Source: an uncultured virus (IMG/VR IMGVR_UViG_3300025168_000066)
Taxonomy: Duplodnaviria; Heunggongvirae; Uroviricota; Caudoviricetes
Strand: one strand, 5' to 3'
Length of the DNA: 64,000 nucleotides
IMG/VR virus record: IMGVR_UViG_3300025168_000066
Below, in pieces: positions 56,859 to 64,000 of this stretch; position 1 is the stretch's first letter, and the number at the start of each line of letters is the position of its first letter. The notes beneath the pieces were generated by a model. The model did not search any database, was not told where the DNA came from, and saw nothing but the letters and a program-made list of their open reading frames with translations. The translations under genes and the position numbers were made by a program.

Positions 56859-57911
56859 TTAAAATATTATATAATTAATTCCAAATTTAAAGTCGTACCA
56901 TTCTCTGTTCCAATACTTATTATATTTACCTTCTATAAAAGCACCTAAACTTTTAGTGTATTTATATCCAAAAATTAATCCTCCACTATAATCTAACCAT
57001 TGACCATTATTATACTCGTGATATGAAAAATCATTTTTTAAATCTAAATGATAAGGCATTAAATTTGTCCATGTATGTACCCAAAAATTCTTTTTATAAT
57101 AATAATAATCAAGCCCTACTACAACTGAGTGTTGTATTGTTTTATCTAATTCGTCTCTTTTTCTTTCTGAATAATTAGCTAATATTTGTGGAATTACTAC
57201 TTCTTCCCATACTTCTTTACTTGTTGCAACTACATTTCCATTAGGATCATTATATATATTTTCAAATACATCTACATTATATCCTTCTGTTATAGCTAAA
57301 TACGTATAATGTAAACTACCATTACTTAACATCCATTCTTCTAAAGGATCATATCCATAAGGTTCAGATAATCTTTGAGCTAATCCTGCATTAAAAGAAA
57401 ACTTTCTATTTACTTTATATCTATATCTTTCTGATGTTTCAAAGTATTTAATATCAGCAAATCCATCTTCTAAGTATTCACCTTTTAATATATAGTTATT
57501 ATCTACATATCTAATAAAATGATGTTGATCTAAATATTCAATACCTTGTTGTCTTTTATAATCTACTTCAAATAAAAATTCTAACCCTTGTACTTTACCT
57601 ATATTAGCTCCATCTGACCAACTAGTTTCTGTACCGTCATAAAATGTTTGTGCTTTATTTTCATAACCAAATCTAGCTATTTTTCTTATACCTAAAGCTA
57701 AATTATAATCATAAGGAGTTTTAACTGTTACAGTTTCTAAACCATTAGCAACAGAAAACACATCTACATCTGATATAGAATTACCACCATTAGCAGCAAC
57801 ATAAAATGTAGAAAACTTTAATATTTTTTTAAAGTCAATTTGAGCACAACATTTTTTAGGTGTTACACACCCTACTAATGTAATCAATATTATAACTAAT
57901 ACTTTTTTCAT
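56859..57911 (-). CDS. Putative outer-membrane beta-barrel protein
   Basis: Signal peptide from MKKVLVIILITLVGC...CCA|Q (track start 57947); alternating aromatic beta-strands; C-terminal beta-signal YDFKFGINYIIF. Confidence 0.7.
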   Translation of the reverse strand: MKKVLVIILITLVGCVTPKKCCAQIDFKKILKFSTFYVAANGGNSISDVDVFSVANGLETVTVKTPYDYNLALGIRKIARFGYENKAQTFYDGTETSWSDGANIGKVQGLEFLFEVDYKRQQGIEYLDQHHFIRYVDNNYILKGEYLEDGFADIKYFETSERYRYKVNRKFSFNAGLAQRLSEPYGYDPLEEWMLSNGSLHYTYLAITEGYNVDVFENIYNDPNGNVVATSKEVWEEVVIPQILANYSERKRDELDKTIQHSVVVGLDYYYYKKNFWVHTWTNLMPYHLDLKNDFSYHEYNNGQWLDYSGGLIFGYKYTKSLGAFIEGKYNKYWNREWYDFKFGINYIIF

Positions 57912-57927
57912 TTCTATTATTTTAAAC

Positions 57928-58752
57928 TTACCAAGGTGCATCATCACTAGTATCTAAATTAACGTTTCCATTTTTAGTTGTATCAAATGCAATACTACTT
58001 GCAAAATCTGCTCCTGAAGCATCTTTATGTCCATTTGCATCTACCATTGGATACCAAGCTACAACTGCATTACTATTAGTATAACTAGTAGTATCAAAAT
58101 TAGGATCTCTAGCAGCATTACCACCAGCATATAAATAACTTACTTCATCTGAAGATAATGTATTTTTCCAAAGTACTGCTTGCATCATTTTACCATCAAA
58201 GTCAAAATCATTATCATCCATTCTACCAAGTTTAAAAGTAGCTGCAGTGTTTGTCATGTTTCCCCCACCATTACCAGCACTTGTTTGTAGTGTTCCTACA
58301 TTACTTCCATTTAAATATATAATTATACCAGAATCAGGAGCACCATTATATGTTATAACCCAATGTTGCCAAGCCGTTGTACTAACATTTCCTGCACTAT
58401 GTCTACTAAATGTAGTTGAATTACCTTGATGTATATCAACAATCGCAGAAGCAGCTGTAAAATAAAATCTATATTCCGCAGGACTTGATCCTGCTCCAGC
58501 GCTAGCTTTAGCCATTACACATTCATTTACTTCGTTATCATCTCTTTTAACCCATACAGCAAAACTAAAACGTTCGTCTACAGTACTGCCTGCAAAATGA
58601 TTATCAAAAGAAAATTCATCATGATCTGCTGCTTCAAGAAAATCTCCCGTACCATCAAATACGTACCCCCTAGTATTCTGAGGGTTCGCAGGCTTATTGT
58701 CAGGTAAAAACCTTGACGGAGGCCTAGTTATTGATGATCCTAATCCTAACAT
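57928..58752 (-). CDS. LamG / concanavalin A-like lectin domain tail-associated protein
   Basis: MLGLGSS start, FDGTGD, FSFAVWVK, WQHWVITY, IYLNG, FDG.M...W...LS..EV..LY. Confidence 0.8.
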   Translation of the reverse strand: MLGLGSSITRPPSRFLPDNKPANPQNTRGYVFDGTGDFLEAADHDEFSFDNHFAGSTVDERFSFAVWVKRDDNEVNECVMAKASAGAGSSPAEYRFYFTAASAIVDIHQGNSTTFSRHSAGNVSTTAWQHWVITYNGAPDSGIIIYLNGSNVGTLQTSAGNGGGNMTNTAATFKLGRMDDNDFDFDGKMMQAVLWKNTLSSDEVSYLYAGGNAARDPNFDTTSYTNSNAVVAWYPMVDANGHKDASGADFASSIAFDTTKNGNVNLDTSDDAPW

Positions 58753-58753
58753 A

Positions 58754-59035
58754 TTATAATTTGTATGCTATTATTGACCCACTTCCTAAAGAAAGTACGT
58801 TAAACTGCCCATAAATTGTAACCCCTTTAGGAATTGTAAAATCTACTGCATCTTCTATATTCATTTCACAGCTTGACACATCTAGCTCAGCATCTACTAA
58901 AGCAGTTATTGCAAAGTATGGTCCTGTGTGATCTGCAGTATCATCTATTAATATAGATCCAGCTGTACCTAAAGGTAATGATGTATTATTTTTTACATCG
59001 TTTAATAGTGCGTCTTGTTCTGTTCTTATTGCCAT
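58754..59035 (-). CDS. Small structural protein
   Basis: AI.AL.D...IPKG.TIYG.F....L.SG..IAY pattern; directly precedes the LamG gene. Confidence 0.6.
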   Translation of the reverse strand: MAIRTEQDALLNDVKNNTSLPLGTAGSILIDDTADHTGPYFAITALVDAELDVSSCEMNIEDAVDFTIPKGVTIYGQFNVLSLGSGSIIAYKL

Positions 59036-59045
59036 TATTTTATAT

Positions 59046-59456
59046 TTAATTAAGTAGTGTTAATCCTAATATCTGTTTAGCATTAATAACTTCAGGATAC
59101 ATATCTTCTGTTATTGGTACTATTTCAATTTCAATTTCTTCTGCTAATAATAAATTAACATTGTCTATTTGTTTTTGTCTAGCTGAAATAACATCTTTGT
59201 ATTCTGTTTCTAGTTTTTTTAATGCTCCTACAGATTTTTTATCTTTTTTACCTTCGTATACTTTTACTTTTTCAGATAATTCTACAAACTCTGGAGTAGC
59301 TGATAATACGCCTTCTAAATGAGTTAAGTTTTCTCTAAGAATAGCTATATTTTTAGATATTGCTAATGCGAAAGTTTTACTTGGTACTTCTGTTAATGTT
59401 GGTAAATGGTTTGATAAATTTACCCATTCTCCGTTTTTTGCTTTAATTGTTTTCAT
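59046..59456 (-). CDS. Hypothetical protein, possible tail fibre chaperone
   Basis: Helical, charged; follows a tail fibre gene. Confidence 0.5.
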   Translation of the reverse strand: MKTIKAKNGEWVNLSNHLPTLTEVPSKTFALAISKNIAILRENLTHLEGVLSATPEFVELSEKVKVYEGKKDKKSVGALKKLETEYKDVISARQKQIDNVNLLLAEEIEIEIVPITEDMYPEVINAKQILGLTLLN

Positions 59457-59482
59457 CGTCTATTATGATTTTTATTAATAAT

Positions 59483-60928
59483 TTAGTTAATCACTAAAAA
59501 GTGAATTTTGCTGGCTGTTGTTGATGTTGATCCAGTAGCCGCTGGATTATGTATTGATATTTTAAAACTACCATCTACTATTGTATGTGTACATGCAGTT
59601 AGTTGTGCGTTATTAGTTGTATTTTCATCTTGTACTGTTAGCATAATTAGTGAATAAGTATATACAGTATTATTTGTTACAGTAAATTCAACATTAGTTG
59701 CTGCTGATAAAGCTACAGCTGCTAATGTTATGCATCCAGCAGTTGCATGAAGTGTAACTCCTGTTGTATGATTTGTTGCTTGAGTAACTGTTCCTTTGCC
59801 TGTATGTACAATTCCTTTTAGTGCTTGAGTAATAACTAAATTTCCTGAGTTTACTGTTACATCTTGACCTTCTCTTCCAACAGTTAATCCAGTTATTTCG
59901 TTTGATCCACTATAAGTTTTTAATTGTACTGTACCATCAGCGCTTCCCGAAGTGTCTCTACCTGCAGATATTACTACATCTCCTCCTGCTCCATTTCCTG
60001 ATGCTGTACCTCCTTTTAAATATAAATGCCCAGAAGCTGCTCCTGCACTACTTCCTCCTTCAATTGTTACTGATTGTCCAGCCGTACTAGATGTAGTAGC
60101 TGTAGGTTTTATTGTAGGTGCATCTGTATTAGTAAATCTAATACCTCCTTTAATATTTAATGTATCATCAAAAGCTGCAGTAGGAGTACTTTGTCCTATA
60201 AATACTTTACCAGCATTATCTACTGTTAATCCTTCTGCTGACCCATCTCCAGAAACAAATGCTGTTCCTCCAACTAAGTCTATATTATAAACAGCATTAT
60301 CAGCTGCATTACGCATATCTATATTTGATTCTGCATTCGTTATTGCTGCTGCTATTGCAATTGCTCCTGCAGTATTAGTTATTGTTATACCTGCTCCTGC
60401 AGTTAATGTTGCTACTGATGGGTATCCATTAGTTGCGTTACCTATTAATAATTGTCCGTTTGTAGACATAGCTGTTGTAGCTGCAATTGAGTCTGTTGCA
60501 CTAGCGTATAACATTGCTCCTTTAGGAATTGTAGATAACCCAGTTCCTCCATTTGTTACAGCATTTACTCCTGTAACAGTACCTGTAAAATCTACTCCTG
60601 TCATAAATCCAGCTGTAGCGTTATTACATAAACTAAGATCTATACCTGCTTCTAAAACTGTTAATACAAGATTACTAGAAGTAGTACCTACTGTTAATAA
60701 CCCTGTGTCTCCACTTTTTATTCCTTTAAAAACTATTTGATTTTTATTTGTAAGTGTTGCACTATTATATAATGTTTCACTACCAGTTCCTGCAGTTGCT
60801 ACTGCTGGAAACATACTTTCTACTGTTAATTTTTTTGACTGACCTGAAGCACTATTTGTAACAAGTAAAAAATCTGTACTTGCTGCACTAGTTTTTGCTA
60901 AAGTTGATAAGTCTGTTACCTTTGCCAT
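59483..60928 (-). CDS. Tail fibre / spike protein
   Basis: MAKVTDL start, V.NGGTGL, GQLLIG...TLTAG.GITITN.AG.I, Gly-rich GG.V.I.(A/G)G repeats. Confidence 0.75.
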   Translation of the reverse strand: MAKVTDLSTLAKTSAASTDFLLVTNSASGQSKKLTVESMFPAVATAGTGSETLYNSATLTNKNQIVFKGIKSGDTGLLTVGTTSSNLVLTVLEAGIDLSLCNNATAGFMTGVDFTGTVTGVNAVTNGGTGLSTIPKGAMLYASATDSIAATTAMSTNGQLLIGNATNGYPSVATLTAGAGITITNTAGAIAIAAAITNAESNIDMRNAADNAVYNIDLVGGTAFVSGDGSAEGLTVDNAGKVFIGQSTPTAAFDDTLNIKGGIRFTNTDAPTIKPTATTSSTAGQSVTIEGGSSAGAASGHLYLKGGTASGNGAGGDVVISAGRDTSGSADGTVQLKTYSGSNEITGLTVGREGQDVTVNSGNLVITQALKGIVHTGKGTVTQATNHTTGVTLHATAGCITLAAVALSAATNVEFTVTNNTVYTYSLIMLTVQDENTTNNAQLTACTHTIVDGSFKISIHNPAATGSTSTTASKIHFLVIN

Positions 60929-60945
60929 ATTATATTTTTTTTATT

Positions 60946-63900
60946 TTATATTTCTAATCCGTTAATTCCATCTATTGGTAATCCTCCTCTTTTAGTTTTA
61001 TTTTGATTAACAGCTCTAGAAGTTTGGATTACATCGTCATTTACAATATTACAATCTACACAAAAGCTAGTTACAAATGTATTAAATTTATCTAAATAAT
61101 TGATATTATTATGAAACGAAGTTATTTGAGCGTTTGATACACACTGTTGCCAATGTCCAGATTTTGCTCCTTGTGATGTTTCTGGATTCCAACATCCATT
61201 TGTACAAGAAACAGGAGCTGGTGTTACTTCATAAATTAATCCACTTGGCATTTTAATTACATCTCCTGAAAATAATATTGTTGATGGTACAAAAAATAAA
61301 GCTGGATTTGTTATTGTAGTTCCTTGACCTGTTGTTATACTAGATCCTGGAGCACCTTGATCGTTTAATCCTGTTGAAGGTCCTCCTGTTACCCAGTTAG
61401 TATTACAAGTAGGAAGATTACTTGCTGTTGAGTTTGTTCCACTATCAGCACAATTGTAAATACAACTACTTCCTCTTTTACTTACAAGATATTCTATTAA
61501 TAATACTTTCCAAGAATTTAATACAGAACAGTCATCTGCTTGCCCTGTAACTAGTTTATTGTAATATCTAAATCCATTTTTAGCTACACAAGCTTGTAAT
61601 AAATCTATTAAATCATTTGTGTTAGCAGGAATACAAGGATTTGCTATAACTGGGTATACACATGATCCATCATCTGTAGATGCGTTTGGATTAAAATTTA
61701 ATGCGTTTGGATCTGTACAACCTGGATATAAACAAGACCCATCATCTAATACTGCAGTTGGATCAAAGTTTGTTGCATTAGGATCTGTACAACCACAATT
61801 TGCAGCATTACTTCCTATTGAAAAATTTACTGTCTCTTCACACCCGTAGTTATCTGTAATTGTAAAGTAATAAACTCCTGGTAAAAACAATGAGTATGTA
61901 TATGTGTTAAAATGATTAGGAGAATTAGCATTACTATGTACTGTTGGGTCTGCATATATTAATACTCCTGCATTAGTGTAATATGAAATAGTTTTACTTT
62001 GACCTGCCATTATTCCTTGTTGGAAAAATGTAGTAACTGTTATACTTCCATCAGGATTTGATCCTCCACAATTACCTGTAGCATCTGTAGTTACAAAAGT
62101 ACTTGGAGTTCCTTGATTTTGTTGACTACATGGATAAAAACAACATCCATCATCTATTGTTGCTACTACTGTTTGATTTGCACAATTTTTATTGTAGTTA
62201 TGTGCAGTAGGATCAGTACAACCTAAAACTCCATATATACATGAACCATCGTCTATAGTAGCTGCAGGATTATAATTTGAAGCAGTTGGGTCAGTACATC
62301 CATAAATTGGAGCAGTACATGAACCATCATCACAAGTAGCTAATGGATTATAGTTAGTAGCTAAAGGATCCATACATCCGTAAATACAAAATATACAAGA
62401 ACCGTCATCACAAGTTGCAGCAGGATTATAGTTTAAAGCTAAAGAATCTGTACAGCCATAAATTGCACTAGTAATAGTAATAATAGCACTAGTTACTGTA
62501 CAAGTACCTGCACCAATATAATCTGATGTTAATGTTACTCTGTAGTTTCCATCATCGATAAAACTAGTTGGATTAATAAAAGAAGATTGTGTGTAAGTGT
62601 GCGTATGAGTTGGTGATGTTGGAGTTAAACTGTTTGTGTTTATTACTACCCAATTAGTACCATCAAAATATTCTAAATCCCATCTTATAAAAGCAGGTTG
62701 TGGAGTACAGTTAATGCTTGTTACTATCTGATTAATATTACATAATCCTGCATTTGGATTTGTTAAAACAGGGGGATCACAACAAAAATTATTTATTACT
62801 GAACAAAGAGATGGATTTGGATGCCATAATCTAGGATCTGTAATAACTAATGTACCAGGAGGATTATTTGTATCTGTAACAGCTGTTGCAAAATTACCAC
62901 TTTGATCTACACATACTTCAATTGGTATTATAAAATAAAATACTTGGAAACAATCTTCTACTTCTACTACAGCATCTGGATCACTAACTGCAACTTGTAC
63001 AGCAAAATATCCATAGTTTAAATTTGCTCCAGTAGTAGTTGTATTAAATGTAGTTGTCCATCCTAAATTATTATTATTAAGAGCTGCAGCATGTGCTGTA
63101 AAATTAGTTAAATCATTTGGAATAAGACTACTTTGAGCATTATCCCAATCAATCATACTATTTGCTTCAAAAAGTCTTAAAGTAAAATCTACATTAACAA
63201 CTCCACTAGAATTAACAATATCATTTACATAATTTTGAAAATTTAAAGTTGGGGATACATTTTGTATTAGTACAGATCCATCATTAGAATTTGTTCTTTG
63301 TGTAGGTGTTGCAACAAATGAATTTACCCCAGCTACTGCTATATCTCCAGCAGTAGGAATAACATTACCACTAGAATCAATTAAAGTTCCATTAGATGCA
63401 TGACAATATTCACATGAACCATCATCTATAACTGCATTTGCATTATAATTTAAAGCTACTCCACCATTTGTATTTGCAGTATTATCTGTACATCCTATAG
63501 CTCCTACTCCATCTTGAACACAAACATCTATTGAATCAAAACAAGGTGTTGTTGTTCCTGATGCATTTGCACTTTCATCATACACATATATTCTATAACA
63601 TCCTGCTACTAATCCAGTACTAAACGCTCCATTAACTGTACTTGCAGGAACTAATATATTTGTATTACCTCCAACTGTTACATTTAAAGCATTACTACCA
63701 GCAAATGCTGTATTTTGAGGAGTTGTTACATTGTCTTGAGCTAAATTAATTCCAAACCCATATGTAAAAGTTCCTCCTCCTGCCCCAGTATTACTTCCTC
63801 CTGGAAGACCACTTACACCACAAACTACAGTTCCTGAGCCTAAACCTCCAATAGTTTGACCATTTAAAGCTTGAATAACATATGTGTATTTTGCATTTCC

Positions 63901-63999
63901 TGTAAGATTTCCAAGACTATCATATAAAGTAACTTGTATTGATCCATCAGTTCCTCCTAAAGTACTTGCGTGATTAACAAAATCTAAACTTAAAGTTAA
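60946..63999 (-). CDS. Large virion-module protein with SprB-like and Cys-rich GCTD repeats (5' end beyond window)
   Basis: The frame stays open from the track's GTG (63585) to the window end (…HASTLGGTDGSIQV…GLVAGCYRIYVYD); DGSITV…PGVYYFTITDNYGC; seven GC(T/M)D..A.N(Y/F).P.A..DDGSC-type repeats. Confidence 0.75.
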   Translation of the reverse strand, partial: LTLSLDFVNHASTLGGTDGSIQVTLYDSLGNLTGNAKYTYVIQALNGQTIGGLGSGTVVCGVSGLPGGSNTGAGGGTFTYGFGINLAQDNVTTPQNTAFAGSNALNVTVGGNTNILVPASTVNGAFSTGLVAGCYRIYVYDESANASGTTTPCFDSIDVCVQDGVGAIGCTDNTANTNGGVALNYNANAVIDDGSCEYCHASNGTLIDSSGNVIPTAGDIAVAGVNSFVATPTQRTNSNDGSVLIQNVSPTLNFQNYVNDIVNSSGVVNVDFTLRLFEANSMIDWDNAQSSLIPNDLTNFTAHAAALNNNNLGWTTTFNTTTTGANLNYGYFAVQVAVSDPDAVVEVEDCFQVFYFIIPIEVCVDQSGNFATAVTDTNNPPGTLVITDPRLWHPNPSLCSVINNFCCDPPVLTNPNAGLCNINQIVTSINCTPQPAFIRWDLEYFDGTNWVVINTNSLTPTSPTHTHTYTQSSFINPTSFIDDGNYRVTLTSDYIGAGTCTVTSAIITITSAIYGCTDSLALNYNPAATCDDGSCIFCIYGCMDPLATNYNPLATCDDGSCTAPIYGCTDPTASNYNPAATIDDGSCIYGVLGCTDPTAHNYNKNCANQTVVATIDDGCCFYPCSQQNQGTPSTFVTTDATGNCGGSNPDGSITVTTFFQQGIMAGQSKTISYYTNAGVLIYADPTVHSNANSPNHFNTYTYSLFLPGVYYFTITDNYGCEETVNFSIGSNAANCGCTDPNATNFDPTAVLDDGSCLYPGCTDPNALNFNPNASTDDGSCVYPVIANPCIPANTNDLIDLLQACVAKNGFRYYNKLVTGQADDCSVLNSWKVLLIEYLVSKRGSSCIYNCADSGTNSTASNLPTCNTNWVTGGPSTGLNDQGAPGSSITTGQGTTITNPALFFVPSTILFSGDVIKMPSGLIYEVTPAPVSCTNGCWNPETSQGAKSGHWQQCVSNAQITSFHNNINYLDKFNTFVTSFCVDCNIVNDDVIQTSRAVNQNKTKRGGLPIDGINGLEI

Positions 64000-64000
64000 A

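Noticed and set aside
57860..57911. Lipoprotein (LVGC lipobox) / spanin call for the beta-barrel gene
   Set aside because: The 350-aa aromatic beta-rich body with a C-terminal Phe and an alternative CCA|Q site fits an OM barrel better; the lipobox cannot be fully excluded without SignalP.
47362..60928. Diversity-generating retroelement (TR/VR) or invertible tail-fibre cassette
   Set aside because: No reverse transcriptase or recombinase in the window; the repeated fibre segments differ at synonymous positions rather than at adenines only.
16274..61849. Plus-strand ORFs opposite virion genes (e.g. 36903-37295, 45275-45808, 51023-51358, 56644-56862, 59952-60290)
   Set aside because: Antisense artefacts of codon bias; the 56589-56859 gap is better explained by two coupled minus-strand microgenes.
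1..64000. Stop-codon reassignment (TAG or TGA), as found in some crAss-like phages
   Set aside because: Genes up to 6 kb are intact in code 11, coding density is near complete, and both TAG (13615) and TGA (3736, 15279) act as stops at gene junctions.

Overview
This 64 kb AT-rich window is part of a crAss-like (Crassvirales-type) dsDNA phage genome that uses the standard genetic code. A Bacteroidota host, probably a marine flavobacterium, is inferred from a consensus TTTG-N20-TAnnTTTG promoter, Q-rule signal peptides, a T9SS-like C-terminal domain and SprB-like repeats. Positions 1-15.75 kb (+ strand) hold replication and repair genes: the PolA C-terminus, SF2 helicase, initiator-like protein, DnaB, Sak4-like ATPase, SSB-like protein, primase, metallophosphoesterase, endonuclease I-like nuclease, rIIA, a spore-photoproduct-lyase-like radical SAM enzyme, rIIB, a 5'-3' exonuclease and a DUF1599-like protein. 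After a convergent terminator, 15.79-64 kb (- strand) holds virion and late genes: three giant ejection proteins including the DFDID virion RNA polymerase, other cargo proteins, tail stabilisation/tubular/ring and IHF-like proteins, a holin, tail fibres with an Rmt2/GAMT-like methyltransferase, a DUF5675 lysin, an exported cell-envelope cassette and further tail proteins. Most striking observations: (1) the only four cysteines in about 5000 aa of the three giant ejection proteins sit at facing termini, suggesting a head-to-tail disulfide/docking chain; (2) a cargo protein is built from beta-barrel-like modules separated by xDGG...YxxGG linkers; (3) a tightly coupled cassette encodes an OM beta-barrel, an unannotated 30-aa CDGSH Fe-S peptide, a CxxC-less thioredoxin and a T9SS substrate; (4) an SPL-like enzyme lies between rIIA and rIIB; (5) three intergenic long-stem structured elements occur, two sharing a motif. 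All calls come from motif reading by eye; no database searches were run.
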